NCBI GenBank assembly: GCA_039028615.1
Contig: JBCCHT010000035.1
Coordinates: forward strand, 72,016 to 136,015
Source of the DNA: Myxococcota bacterium
GTDB taxonomy: Bacteria > Myxococcota_A > Polyangia > Nannocystales > Nannocystaceae
Direction: 5' to 3'
Length of the DNA stretch: 64,000 nucleotides
Positions 50,201 to 60,127 of this stretch are shown here, one piece after another (position 1 is the stretch's first letter; each line of letters opens with the position of its first letter). The position numbers were made by a program, and so were the translations under genes. Below the pieces are notes generated by a model that was not told the DNA's origin, did not search any database, and saw nothing but the letters and a program-made list of their open reading frames with translations.

Positions 50201-50568
50201 GGCCAGGCCACCTCGTCGTGCACGGTCAGTGCTCCGGTCGCGCGCTCGACCAACGCGACGCGGTTGGGGTGAGCGAAGAGCCCACCGGGGCGATCGTCGA
50301 GCCAGAACATCCAAGCATCACCGCCGACCGGCTCGGGCTCGCTCGGCTCACCCGCGGCCAGGTCGTAGCTGCCGAGTTCGTTGGCCGAGGTGAGACGCTC
50401 GGGGTACGCGAACACGATCACGTCCGCCGCATCGTCGACCAGCGTGTCGATCACCCGCTGCGCCGCACGCTCTCGGTCGAAGGGCGCAGCGTCGTCGCCG
50501 CAGGCCGCCACCGACAGCGACAGTGAAAGAGCGACAAAAAGCGGGCGCGAGGACGGGCAACGATGCAT
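47224..50568 (-). CDS. Lipoprotein: caspase/legumain-fold domain (Cys->Ser) + Cys-rich/TSP3 repeats + C-terminal propeller-like repeats
   Basis: Lipobox [43 protein letters not shown]...N..Q.D.DGDG.GDACD; N..GQ..F repeats. Start at ATG 50568. Confidence 0.78.
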   Translation of the reverse strand: MHRCPSSRPLFVALSLSLSVAACGDDAAPFDRERAAQRVIDTLVDDAADVIVFAYPERLTSANELGSYDLAAGEPSEPEPVGGDAWMFWLDDRPGGLFAHPNRVALVERATGALTVHDEVAWPQVDGEHPWATEEQYWNEEHWVYHSGELTPRSATLVSSADPVAEDVTCGGTRGRALVIDGWRTGEPMRATGRDDAQAMKSALEVGGFQATYFGVLGDPGIDGTNDYLSIATWFELQASVTMPGETIFVYVGGHGAPTGLGSTAIGWVEERTLADWLSAFDPDVEIILVFNGSHSGGMLDSLTCVADVAVSATDDTTTAYGDLDPADDPNPNDEGSEFTSSLCTAMQELITVAGQRQRIAEEAAENGTGFWEALVDEAFAEAQALDVMALRGDTRPQIVHGAPEKVKPGTVALNRPQCSDDEDHVCVAGADGATCDATTTCEGPTSCDADTCQCTCDVAAGAECDEGGRCDGADACNPSTCACEPAPPGGPNACGGAPIAGDQDGDGLMDIIDNCPSHYNALQLDFDGDGYGDACDRCPAESFTCGLCLSTSVVEERFEWHPEAKVEYRLVAASGDEAPGFDGETISDLFQPGIDRFGQVSYRGVAGNDTASDDAGFVERDGVHHRFVREGAAVPGVESIVDDGSAALGSYALTECGRVGYTVSHLDRGEPSSSLLLESPEVSGELVMEVAATRGDFSGITRLSGPIVADLAFTGFGGDWGSSSGGPLATTGHGALAQLTAAWPENPSLDERGLWAFRHDPAVRAPIRVPYAIEGCPADGNTVNCVTNPPGVQIHGYVGRGESNSAGQIVFPSIDGGPGIEASTNAMLYIGTTDFPRQLVVREGEDAGDGDVFFSPVSAFEPVAIGYPSEWPSPVGETPLAFLGRLGNGFSETGSAVFTGTVGDLRRIATTGGGVEGLPDTTFVGLTDDNQRNMTIDAQGEVYLRGRLSGPSIVGDGEALLIEGAADGLPRPVLWEGMAFDALDWQSAEPPTGAIQRLASVAVSGSGQFAALVHGDGGAQSLIFVDTPPEDDGMPARAWEMARTGRPLDVLPGLSQTPQSIDDFGNSMGTLEQGPRATINNASEVVAVLRFSGGAFPVGVMVFRPVDEPDCGR

Positions 50569-50850
50569 GGTGGTCGGCTCCGAGCGGGGGCATGGCCCCG
50601 GTTGCGGGCTTAGGTGCTCGGCCCACCGAACCGATTGCGAACTTCCGACAGGGCGCGTTCCGAGGCCTCCAATCGCCGATCTACGCGTCTGTGGGTCTCG
50701 CGTCGGCCCGGCGCGCCGCGGCCTCGGTACCGCCACGCGGGCTCTCGGTTCCCGGGCGCGTCGACCTTTTCCTCACCAGGCTGAGGTCCCGAGAAAACTG
50801 CCCTCGCATGTAGCCTTTTCGGTTTCGGGTGCCACTAGCAAAGGGCAACC

Positions 50851-52593
50851 ATGTCCGACTCTGCCGTCGCCGCCCCCAAGACTCTGCGGCCCGCGTCTGC
50901 CAAAGTCGCGGCCGCACTCCCCGACCTGCTCAACGACCAGCCCAGCGTCGCGCTCGATCACGCGGGTGTACGGCGAGCGCTGTGCATCGCGTTCTCCACG
51001 GGCGACGCGGAACAGAGCCTCGAGCGCGTCATGGACCACGCGCTGCTGTGCGAGTCCACGTGGGGGGGTTCTTCGTTCCGCGAGGGCCTGTACATGGACG
51101 TCCTGCTGTCGCGCTGCATGGCCATTCGCATCGATGGCCTGCGCCCCCGCACCAATCAGGCCTACCTGCTGCGACTGCTCGCCAACCCGCCCAAGGACCC
51201 GCGCACGGTCGATTTCCGCCGGGCCATCTTCGACGAGCTCATCTCCGACGCCGAGCTCCGCGAGTCCTTCGAGAACATCTACGTGCGCGTGCACGAGATC
51301 CGCACGGAGCTCCAGGCGCTGGACAACATCGGCTACTACGACTCGCGGGTGCGGCGGCTGCATGTGCTCTCGATGTTCCGCGAGCTGTTCGCCGACCTCC
51401 AGACACCCTTCGCCGAGGCGCACAGCGGGCTACGCCGCATCAGCGCCTACGCCCGCCACGTCTGCGAGTCGTCCGGGTTCCGCCACCTGTGCGACCTGCT
51501 GCAGTACGAGGGCCACCTGTCCACGGTCCAGTTCAAGATGCGCCTGGGCTCCGACGGCACCCTGCGTCGCTTCGAGGTCGTCGACGTGGCCGAAAATCGC
51601 ACCAACCGCTTCTATCAACGCCCCATCCGGCGGCTATGGTCGAAGATGGGCATGTGGTGGCGCGGCTACCAAACGGGCGCATCCGGCCTGCTCGACGCCT
51701 GGCTCGACGAGGTCTTCAACGGCATCGTCGCCCACCTCCCCTCGCTGCTGCGGCTATTCGGCGACCAAGAGTTCTACCTCGCCGGTCTGTCGTTCTACGA
51801 CGAGTGCCGACGCCGGGGCCTGCCCACCTGCTTTCCCACCCTCATGCCGGCCGGCACCGGGCCGAGCCAGCTGCACGTCGAGGGCCTGTTCAATCCCCTG
51901 CTCTTCGGCAACGACGCGTCTCCCGTGCCGTGTCGCCTCGAGGGCGAGAGCATCGCGGGCAAGACCATCCTCACCGGGCCCAACTCGGGCGGCAAGACCC
52001 GGGTGCTCCAAGCCATCGGCATCGCGCAGGTCCTCGCGGAGTCCGGCCTGCACGCCCCCGTAGCCTCCGCCACCATCGCGCGTGCGCACGGGCTATTCGT
52101 CTCCCTCATCGAAGAGGGCCAGGTCGATCAGTCCGAGGGTCGTCTCGGCATGGAGCTCCTGCGCATTCGTCAGCTCTTCGAACACGCTCAGGTGGGCTCC
52201 CTCGTGTTGCTCGACGAGCTATGCTCCGGCACCAACCCCAGCGAGGGCGAGGAAATCTTCCTGCTGGTGCTGTCCCTGCTCGAAGAGCTCGGCGCCCGGG
52301 CGGTCATCGCCACTCACTTCCTCGACTTTGCGCGCGGCCTCGAGAGCGAGACGGGCACCGAGCGGCTCCCCGTTCATCTCGCGTTCATGCAGGTCGACGT
52401 CGGCGAGAACGAGCGCCCCACCTATCAGTTCCGCCGGGGCGTCGCGGAGACTTCCATGGCCCACCAGACGGCGCAGCGCCTCGGGGTCACCGACACCGTC
52501 CTGCGAGCGCTGGTGCACAAACGGCTCGCATCACGCTCCGTGCCCGCGACCTACCACGCCCCCGCGAACCTGGACCACGCGGCCGCGCAGTGA
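50851..52593 (+). CDS. MutS-related ATPase (only domain V recognisable)
   Basis: LFNPLL, ILTGPNSGGKT, GRL..EL.R, LVLLDELCSGTNPSEG, IATHF. Confidence 0.87.
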   Translation: MSDSAVAAPKTLRPASAKVAAALPDLLNDQPSVALDHAGVRRALCIAFSTGDAEQSLERVMDHALLCESTWGGSSFREGLYMDVLLSRCMAIRIDGLRPRTNQAYLLRLLANPPKDPRTVDFRRAIFDELISDAELRESFENIYVRVHEIRTELQALDNIGYYDSRVRRLHVLSMFRELFADLQTPFAEAHSGLRRISAYARHVCESSGFRHLCDLLQYEGHLSTVQFKMRLGSDGTLRRFEVVDVAENRTNRFYQRPIRRLWSKMGMWWRGYQTGASGLLDAWLDEVFNGIVAHLPSLLRLFGDQEFYLAGLSFYDECRRRGLPTCFPTLMPAGTGPSQLHVEGLFNPLLFGNDASPVPCRLEGESIAGKTILTGPNSGGKTRVLQAIGIAQVLAESGLHAPVASATIARAHGLFVSLIEEGQVDQSEGRLGMELLRIRQLFEHAQVGSLVLLDELCSGTNPSEGEEIFLLVLSLLEELGARAVIATHFLDFARGLESETGTERLPVHLAFMQVDVGENERPTYQFRRGVAETSMAHQTAQRLGVTDTVLRALVHKRLASRSVPATYHAPANLDHAAAQ

Positions 52594-52657
52594 CGGGCCA
52601 GCGACCCATGGTTTCAAACGGCGACCGCTCCGGGGACGGAGCGGCGCCAGCGAGGCC

Positions 52658-52711
52658 ACCGGGGCGAGGCCCTCGACGACGTAAAACCGCATCGAGGGTC
52701 TCTGCCCCGGT
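52658..52711. terminator. Long imperfect hairpin between convergent genes
   Basis: accggggcgaggccctcga ... tcgagggtctctgccccggt (one bulge, one G-U pair). A second small hairpin lies at about 52620-52648. Confidence 0.55.
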
Positions 52712-52717
52712 CGCAGT

Positions 52718-53506
52718 TCACGAAGGGACCGGGCCGCCCCCAATGGGCGCACACAGGGTCGGTTTGCCAGTACACACGCCGCCGCCGAGACAGCGGTCCA
52801 TCGCCGTGCATGGGTCACCGTCGTCGCACGGAGTTCCTCGCGGGGCGTAACCCGTGGTCGCGCAGCCGCCCCCGAAGCACTCACCGATGGTGCACTGGAA
52901 GCCGGTGTCACAGGTCGCTCCGATGAACACGGGCGCGTAGCTGCACGACGCCGAGCCGCCGAAGGGGTCGACCACGCACACGCCCGGGCCCTGCTGGCAC
53001 ACGGGCGGATCGTCGCAGCCCCCGGGGCAGGCGACCGTGCCTTCGCAGGCACCCAGCGCGTTGCACTCGTCGTCGACGGTCGCCGAGTCGCCGTCGTCGC
53101 AGGCCTGACCGGTGAAGCTCCACAGGCTCGTGCAGTAGCCTTCGATGCACTCCGAGAAGGTGCACTCGTTGCCGTCGTCGCACCCCGAGCCGTTGAACAC
53201 GGGCGGGTACCAGCACGTGGGGCCCGAGAAGGGATCGTTTTGGCACACACCCGGGCCGGTCCGACACGGCGGCGGGTTGTTACAGCCTCCCGGGCACCCG
53301 AGGCTAGGCGGAAGGTTCGGAGGCTCGGCATCGGAGGCCAAGGCGGACGCTCCCGGCGGGAGTTCCAGCGGGTCACCGTCGTCCGCCGACTCGTCGCTCG
53401 CCGCTTCGAGTTCGTCGTCTGCACGATCGTCGGAGGGCTCGACGACACAGCTGATGCCGACCCCGACGAGCGTGGCCAGCAAGGACATCGTGAAGGTTGT
53501 TCGCAT
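52718..53506 (-). CDS. Cys-rich lipoprotein with internal duplication
   Basis: Lipobox GISC; two CPGGC..PP.C..GPGVC..DPF.G..C.Y.PVF.G..CD.G..CT..EC..G.C units plus CDDG repeats. Confidence 0.78.
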   Translation of the reverse strand: MRTTFTMSLLATLVGVGISCVVEPSDDRADDELEAASDESADDGDPLELPPGASALASDAEPPNLPPSLGCPGGCNNPPPCRTGPGVCQNDPFSGPTCWYPPVFNGSGCDDGNECTFSECIEGYCTSLWSFTGQACDDGDSATVDDECNALGACEGTVACPGGCDDPPVCQQGPGVCVVDPFGGSASCSYAPVFIGATCDTGFQCTIGECFGGGCATTGYAPRGTPCDDGDPCTAMDRCLGGGVCTGKPTLCAPIGGGPVPS

Positions 53507-53643
53507 GACTCGGGTCGTGCCCGGGGAAACGTCCGGGCACGCCTTTCGTAAGCGGAACACTTACAAGCACTCAAAACACTGTCAACAGCGTTCAGAGCGG
53601 GATTCAGCGCGATATCGACCCCTGGCACGACTCGACGCCCAGG

Positions 53644-55524
53644 CTAGACCCGGGCGTCGAACGCTGCCGGCTTCGCTAGCGAGCGGGGCTTTCGTCGGCG
53701 CCGCAGACCCAGCAGGCCGAGCAACGCCAGACCCCAGACCGCCCCCGGGCGCGGGGTCGCGGAGCAGCCACAGCCACCCCCGTCATCGGCCCCGTCGAGA
53801 CCGGCCGACGCCGAGCCTCCGCTGCCCCCGGTGGCCTGGCCATCCGTGTCGGAGTCACCCGCGGCATCGCCACCGCCACCGCCACCGGTTCCCGTATCGT
53901 CGGCGCCACCGGTCGCTCCTTCGCCGGAGCACACCACCACGCTGGGATAATCGTACTGGCAGTTGTGCTCGAAGAGCATGGTGTCGATGAGCTCGGTGTT
54001 GTCGACCAGCGAGATCGGTCCCCCGCGCTCGGCGATCTCCTGCACCTCCTCCTCCCAGGGCAGCTCATCGGGGAAGGTCGGCCAGGTGCCGGAGCTGGGT
54101 GCGTAGACTTCTCGCCCGTCGGGCAAGGTCCACACCGCCCCGCCTTCGCACAGCACGTTGCGACTCGCCAGTTGGTTGGTGAGGTCGACGTCGGGCAGGT
54201 CCGCGTTCTGATAGAAGAACGGGTCCTCGGTCATCTCGCCGGGCGAGATGGTCGTGTACATGCGCGTGAGCGTGGGATAGCCGTCGAGCAGGTCGACCGC
54301 GTGCTGCCCGGGGTCGATGATGCGCTCCTGGAGCGCGTCGCCGAAGGCCGTGCCGTCCCACGCCACCATGTCGATCATCCCGGCGTAGCAGGACAAGCAG
54401 CCGTAGAAGTCGCCCTCGTCGATGCCCGCGGGCACGGGCAGGTACTGGGCGAGCAGGCCACGGATGAGCGTGTGGTCGTAGTCGCAGATGGTGCCGCCTC
54501 GACCATCCTCGAAGCACGTCACCAGTCCCTGAAACTCGAGCAGATCGATGATGGTGGTGGGGTCGGCCGCAGCAAAGGGCGCGGAGTCCCACTCGTTGCT
54601 GAACAGCCCGTTCTGAGCGACCACGTCGCTGGGGCCGGCGTACTCGGTGACAAAGGCCCGACCGTTGGCCTCGTCGGCATCCACCGCCAGCGTGATGACC
54701 TCTTTATAGTTGTTGGCGAGGTTGTTCCAGTCGAGCCGCAGCGGGTTGACGAGCACGTGCTGGTAGTTCTGCGGCACGACCCGGTTGTCGGCGAGGAAGA
54801 ACGTCCGCACGTCCATGTCCTCTTGCGCCGCGATGCGGGTGAGCCGGAGGGGAATGCAGGCCTCGTCGTTGTCGAAGATGAGCGAGATGGGGTGAATCTC
54901 GGCCACTTCCGCGCCATTGGTCAGGCGGAACGCGGCAAAGAGGTACCCCTCGGCCAGGTATTCCTCGAGGATGGGCTGCGCTTCGGGGTCTTGCTCGTAG
55001 GAGTTGGCCGCGAGCCAGTCCATCACCTCTTGTGCGGTGCCGCCCTGCAGCACCACCACGTCGAAGGCCCCGACCGTATCCTCGAAGACCACCTTTGGGC
55101 CGCCACCGCCCCCATCCGGGGGCCCGCCGGCATCGAGGACGATCGGACCACCGCCTTCTCCGGCCCCATCGTCGTCGCCGCAGCCCTCGAAGGTCGACGT
55201 GAACCCGTAGGAGGGCACGGTGCCGTTGAGCACATTGATGAACAGCTGATCGGAGCTGACCTCGAAGGCGGGGATCTGGGTGACGGGCACCACCCATGCG
55301 AACTCGCTGGCCTCGGTATCGGGGTCGTACTGGATCTGGATATGCGCCTCGATGGTGGTCTCCCCCATCGCGAACAGAATGTTCTCTCCCGTCTGATCGA
55401 CCGGCATCGCCTGCGGACCCGCGTCGCAGAAGGTCCCTCCGCAGGCCTCGGCCTCGCTCGGAAGGGCCATGGCCACCGCGAACATGCCCACGCCCAGCAC
55501 TCCACTCCAAACCGTGTATTTCAT
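53644..55524 (-). CDS. DUF2330-family protein with MYXO-CTERM sorting signal
   Basis: Signal peptide then ACGGTFC, FAWVVPV, IPLRLT; C-terminal GGGCGC.....hydrophobic..RRRR. Confidence 0.88.
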   Translation of the reverse strand: MKYTVWSGVLGVGMFAVAMALPSEAEACGGTFCDAGPQAMPVDQTGENILFAMGETTIEAHIQIQYDPDTEASEFAWVVPVTQIPAFEVSSDQLFINVLNGTVPSYGFTSTFEGCGDDDGAGEGGGPIVLDAGGPPDGGGGGPKVVFEDTVGAFDVVVLQGGTAQEVMDWLAANSYEQDPEAQPILEEYLAEGYLFAAFRLTNGAEVAEIHPISLIFDNDEACIPLRLTRIAAQEDMDVRTFFLADNRVVPQNYQHVLVNPLRLDWNNLANNYKEVITLAVDADEANGRAFVTEYAGPSDVVAQNGLFSNEWDSAPFAAADPTTIIDLLEFQGLVTCFEDGRGGTICDYDHTLIRGLLAQYLPVPAGIDEGDFYGCLSCYAGMIDMVAWDGTAFGDALQERIIDPGQHAVDLLDGYPTLTRMYTTISPGEMTEDPFFYQNADLPDVDLTNQLASRNVLCEGGAVWTLPDGREVYAPSSGTWPTFPDELPWEEEVQEIAERGGPISLVDNTELIDTMLFEHNCQYDYPSVVVCSGEGATGGADDTGTGGGGGGDAAGDSDTDGQATGGSGGSASAGLDGADDGGGCGCSATPRPGAVWGLALLGLLGLRRRRKPRSLAKPAAFDARV

Positions 55525-55825
55525 GACTCGATCCAATCTCAGTTGCAGTTCATTCCAACCGACGGACCCAAGTTATCACGACAGGTGAAGGAAACCGTGT
55601 CCGCTACCATGAACCAATATGCGTCACCGGACTCCCCCGAGTTCGCGTGTGTGTCGTGGTGCCGTCACCCCAATGACGGGGCAACGGCCCCCATGCACGG
55701 GACGCTCCGAGGCACGACGCTGCGCGTAAGGAGTCGTGCTCCGTTGGAGCACCTGCCGTCCGTGATGCGACAACGGGACACTCGGTCACGAGCGAGATCG
55801 ATGGCGGTTGCTAGGCTGCATGGGC

Positions 55826-57253
55826 ATGGCCTCATCCTCGGCCCGTCGACCGCTCCTTCCGATGCTGCTCGGCATCTCGGGGTGCATCGCGATCCCCGAG
55901 GTCCCCGACGCGAGCGGTAGCACCGGGCCCGTGACACTCGGCTCGACCGCGGCGAACTCGACCGTCGCGCACTCCACGGGGCTAGACGAGTCGGGCTCCA
56001 GCGACGACACGGCCACCCCGCCCGACCTCCCTCCCGAGGACATCGGTGACTGCGCTCGGCTGGCGGCTTTGGTGGCCGCACTGCCCGAGGCCGCGGCCGA
56101 CGAGCGGGAGCCCATGATCGACGACTACATCCGCACCGTCAGCGACGGCGAGCACGGGTTCCCCGGCATCGAAGGCACGCAGCTTTGTGTCGTCGCCCGC
56201 GGATTCGAGGGCGAGGCGTTGTCGGTCACCGGAGAGTTCAGCGACTGGGATCCCCGCGCCCATCCGCTCGCGGAAGTGCCTGATCTCGGCTTCTACTACG
56301 CCATCGTCGAGCTGCCCGCCCCTCCCGTCGGGCGCTACAAGCTCGCCCGCAACGAAGCGACCTTCCTGCCCGACCCGCTCGCGCGTCGCATCGGGTGGGA
56401 CGAGCTCGGCGAGTACGGTCTCGTCGATCCCGTGCCCGGCCGCAGCCACATCGAACGCTGGCCCGCCTTCGAGTCGGGGGCCGGGACCCTCGAGCCCCGA
56501 GCGGTGCGGGTCTACGTGCCCGCGGGAGGCTTCGCCCCCGAAGACGTCGACGTGCCCGTGCTGTACATGCACGACGGTCAGAACCTGTTCTCGACCGAGG
56601 CCTCGTGGGGAGGCTGGCGCGTCGACGAGACCCTCGACCACGCGATCGAAGACGGCCTCGTTCCCCCCATGCTCATCGTGGGCATCGACAACACCCCCGC
56701 GCGCTTCGACGAGTACACCCACGTCCCCAATCTGTTCGACGGCGAGATCCGGGGCGGCCGAGCCGACGACTACGCCGACTTCCTCGTCGACGGGATCAAG
56801 CCCTTCATCGAGTCGCGCTATCCCGCCGCCACCGAGGCCGCTCGCGTCGGCACCATGGGAGCATCGCTGGGCGGCCTGGTCAGCCTGCACCTCGGGCATC
56901 GTCACCCCGACGTCTTCGGCCACGTCGCCTCGATGTCGGGCACGCTCGGCTGGGGGCAGTTCGGCGAGGACAACCCGACCATGGCCGATCGATATCGGGC
57001 GACGCCTCCGGCCGGGCTGCGGGTCTACCTCGACAGCGGCGGCGACTCGCCAGGGGGCTGCCCCGGCAGCACCGACAACTACTGCGTGACGCAGTCCATG
57101 GCGGACACGCTGCGGGACCTGGGTTGGGTCGACGAGGACGACCTGGTCTACCGTTGGGACCCCGGGGCGCCGCATACCAACGCCCAGTGGGCCGACCGGT
57201 TCCTGCCCGCGTTGCTCGACTGGTTCAAGCCCGCTCAAACAACGGACCGGTAG
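55826..57253 (+). CDS. Lipoprotein alpha/beta-hydrolase (putative esterase) with N-terminal Ig/CBM48-like domain
   Basis: Lipobox ISGC; VTGEFSDW, PVLYMHDGQNLF, GASLGG nucleophile elbow, GAPH....WA.R. Start could be 55820. Confidence 0.85.
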   Translation: MASSSARRPLLPMLLGISGCIAIPEVPDASGSTGPVTLGSTAANSTVAHSTGLDESGSSDDTATPPDLPPEDIGDCARLAALVAALPEAAADEREPMIDDYIRTVSDGEHGFPGIEGTQLCVVARGFEGEALSVTGEFSDWDPRAHPLAEVPDLGFYYAIVELPAPPVGRYKLARNEATFLPDPLARRIGWDELGEYGLVDPVPGRSHIERWPAFESGAGTLEPRAVRVYVPAGGFAPEDVDVPVLYMHDGQNLFSTEASWGGWRVDETLDHAIEDGLVPPMLIVGIDNTPARFDEYTHVPNLFDGEIRGGRADDYADFLVDGIKPFIESRYPAATEAARVGTMGASLGGLVSLHLGHRHPDVFGHVASMSGTLGWGQFGEDNPTMADRYRATPPAGLRVYLDSGGDSPGGCPGSTDNYCVTQSMADTLRDLGWVDEDDLVYRWDPGAPHTNAQWADRFLPALLDWFKPAQTTDR

Positions 57254-57595
57254 TGTGGGCGCGGGCCCCCGAGAACGGGGCTCCGCCTCGCGCATCGTTC
57301 ATCGCTCGTCATCCGTACAGCGCAGGGTCCAACGGAGCGAGACAACGTCGTTAGCGAGGCCTCCCGTTTGGTGTTCCGAACGAGGCCGGTCATCCGTCAC
57401 GAGAGCGTGCGGACACATTCGCGCCCCGATCGACCAAGGGTGTCAGAACCGGCCGGCGACCGCCGTACAAGTGCCCACGTGGTGACGGTCGGGTTGACCA
57501 CCCCCTCGCGCTCACCGAAAATGGCCCGTCGTTTTTGGCGGCGGGTCCAAGGCCCGCTGGCCATTTTTTTGGGACCCCCAGCCCCCGGCACGCCC

Positions 57596-60076
57596 ATGTT
57601 GAATCTCGAATCGGCCGTCCAAATGGACGGCCTCACGCTGTATCAGGACTACTCGGACCCCAACCTCTACTACTACATGCCGGACAACCCCGAGTTGGCC
57701 CGGCAAGGTGGTGAGCCGCTGTTTCAGCTGCTGCTGTATCGAGAGGACATCGCGGACGACCCCGGTTTCGCCAAGAACGAGGACCGAGGCGGTGGTTTCC
57801 TGACGATGACCGTCGATCTCAAGGTCTCCCAGACCAAGCTCGAGCGGATCGAGCAGTCCTTGCCGAGCAGCGGAGGCCCGGTGAAGTTGGTCCCCGTGCC
57901 CTACGAGGCAGGCCGCGTACGCATCACCGCGCTGGGCACCTCGGCGGGCAAGGCCGGCCAGGTCAGCGGCGGAGCGGCCGACGACAAGAAGCCCCCCGGG
58001 CTGGTCGAGGAAGTGCTCGGTTCGGCCACCCCCAGCCTCTACGGGGACAACCGAGCCGTGTTCTCCATGGAGCTCAGTCACCGCGGCGCCGTGCTCATGG
58101 CCGCCTCGCTGATGAACGACGGCGCAACGAGCATCGCGGTGGTCTACGAGCTCGACTACATGGGGCTCAAGCCGGCCCGCGACGTGAAGATCGTCATCGA
58201 AGGCGAGCAGGTCTACGAGCACCTACGCTCCCAGGCCACGGTGAACACGCTGTGGTTCCGCAGCAACATCGACCAGGAGATGGAGTCTCTGGTCAAGAGC
58301 AACAACATCCGCATCGAGGATGTCGACTACCTCCAGACGCTGGAGCCGGCCGAGCGAACGAAGCGCGAGGCGGACCTCAACAAGCTGGCCAAGGAGCTGG
58401 CCATGTGGACCTTCTTCAAGCCCGGGCTCAAGCCGGGTGAGGTCATCGCCAAGGATCGCGGCGTGCTCAAGGTCTACGACCCCAGCACCGATGCCGCCCG
58501 CGTGACCGCCGGGTTCTCCACTCCGCTGCAGACTGCCGCAACCGGTAAGGGCAACACGGGCGATACCGACGGGCCGCGACCGCAGGGCAAGTCGGCGTTG
58601 AAGACGGTCACCCGCGTCAGCGGCAAGACCCCCGCGCCCGCCCCCACGAGCACCGCAGGCACCCCCGCCACCAACCGCCCCCTGACCGCGGTGGAGAAGT
58701 GGAACCAGGCGGGTCGGCCCCAGGCCGGCTACCTGCTGCGCAGCCTGAGCCAGAGGGAGCGCACGCGCATCTCCTACTCCATGCGCACGGTCTCCGCCCA
58801 CAAGCGCACCATCGCCCCGCAGGGCTCCATCGCGATGATCTCGGGCGACGCCAACCTGCCCGGTCGCATCCAGCGGGTCGATCTCGACACCGAGTTCTTC
58901 CAGGCAGTGGAGGGCTCGGTGACCACCAGCGCCAAGCTGGACGAAGCCGGGGTCACCTCGATGAGCGTGGGTATCCGCTACGGCTACAACGAGGACGGCA
59001 GCTTCCCCAAGGACACCAAGGAATTCGTCCTCGACAAGACCGACGAGAAGAAGGCCTTCCAGTTCTGGATGGACGATCGCCGCACGACCAAGCTCCAGTA
59101 CAAGGTGCAGGTCAACTACCGCGCCGACTATGCCATCGGGGCGTCCGAGACGGCACTGAGCACCGACTGGATCGACACCGAGCTGCGCAACCTCGACATC
59201 GACCCACGCGCGGTGCAGGGCCTTTTGCCGGTTCGGCTCACCGCGGGCTCGGTGAACTGGGACTCGGTCACCAACATCCAGGCCAAGGTCAGCTACCGCG
59301 ATGCCGACTCGGGCATCGACGCCAGCCGCACCGTGGTCATCAAGCGCGACACCGCTTCGGTGCTGGTGCCGATTCGCCCCGCCTCGCTCGACGAAGACGC
59401 CTACACCGTCACCTCCGAGTACTTCCACTCCTCGGGGAACTCGGAGACGGTCGAGCAGAGCATGGACGGCAGCGTCACCGCGGTGCTCAACCAGCCCCCG
59501 TCCACCGCCGTGCCCGTCCGCGTGCGCCTGAGCGACCCGCTCAAGCGCCTGCGCGACGCATCGGTCGAGATGTCCTACAGCCCCCCGGGTGGAGGCCCCG
59601 ACCAGGTCAAGCTGCTGAGCCTCGGCGGTGACAAGCCCACCTCCGCCGACTGGTCGTTCTTCCGCCCCAGCCTGAACGACGACCCCCGCTACCGCTACCG
59701 GGTCACGCTGTTCGGCGCGAACACGGTGGAGGAAGGGCAGTGGCAAGAGTCCACCGATCGCCAGCTGGTGGTGGGCGACGTGTTCCCGGGCATGCTCGAG
59801 GTGCAGGTCGAGATGATCGGCGACCTCGCGGCCGCCGGCTTCGCCATCGCCAAGCTGACGCTCGAGTACAAGGGCGCCGCCGAAGGAGCGGACAACCGAG
59901 AGGAAAAGACCCTACGGGGCACGATGCAGCCCTTTACCTGGAAGGTGCCCTCGGCCACCCGTGAGCCTGGGCCCTTCCGCTATCGGGTGGAGTACTTCCG
60001 CCAAGACCGAACCAAGGTGGTCGACGAAGCCGAAGTCACCGCCGAGAGCCTGCTGCTGTGGGTGCCCAGTGCGTGA
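57596..60076 (+). CDS. Uncharacterised large protein (about 826 aa) with beta-rich C-terminal repeats
   Basis: Long ORF with strong host codon bias. N-terminal LYQD..DP..YYYMP..P.LA....P.F.LL.Y; several C-terminal YRY.V.Y..W beta-sandwich-like units. No signal peptide seen. Confidence 0.85.
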   Translation: MLNLESAVQMDGLTLYQDYSDPNLYYYMPDNPELARQGGEPLFQLLLYREDIADDPGFAKNEDRGGGFLTMTVDLKVSQTKLERIEQSLPSSGGPVKLVPVPYEAGRVRITALGTSAGKAGQVSGGAADDKKPPGLVEEVLGSATPSLYGDNRAVFSMELSHRGAVLMAASLMNDGATSIAVVYELDYMGLKPARDVKIVIEGEQVYEHLRSQATVNTLWFRSNIDQEMESLVKSNNIRIEDVDYLQTLEPAERTKREADLNKLAKELAMWTFFKPGLKPGEVIAKDRGVLKVYDPSTDAARVTAGFSTPLQTAATGKGNTGDTDGPRPQGKSALKTVTRVSGKTPAPAPTSTAGTPATNRPLTAVEKWNQAGRPQAGYLLRSLSQRERTRISYSMRTVSAHKRTIAPQGSIAMISGDANLPGRIQRVDLDTEFFQAVEGSVTTSAKLDEAGVTSMSVGIRYGYNEDGSFPKDTKEFVLDKTDEKKAFQFWMDDRRTTKLQYKVQVNYRADYAIGASETALSTDWIDTELRNLDIDPRAVQGLLPVRLTAGSVNWDSVTNIQAKVSYRDADSGIDASRTVVIKRDTASVLVPIRPASLDEDAYTVTSEYFHSSGNSETVEQSMDGSVTAVLNQPPSTAVPVRVRLSDPLKRLRDASVEMSYSPPGGGPDQVKLLSLGGDKPTSADWSFFRPSLNDDPRYRYRVTLFGANTVEEGQWQESTDRQLVVGDVFPGMLEVQVEMIGDLAAAGFAIAKLTLEYKGAAEGADNREEKTLRGTMQPFTWKVPSATREPGPFRYRVEYFRQDRTKVVDEAEVTAESLLLWVPSA

Positions 60077-60127
60077 TCGCGCTGTTCCTTCGTCTCGTTC
60101 CCTCGACCTCGAATCAGGATTACGACC

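Noticed and set aside
53623..53640. TGGCACG as a sigma54 -24 box
   Set aside because: No TTGC -12 element at the required spacing, and it faces away from the nearby gene start.
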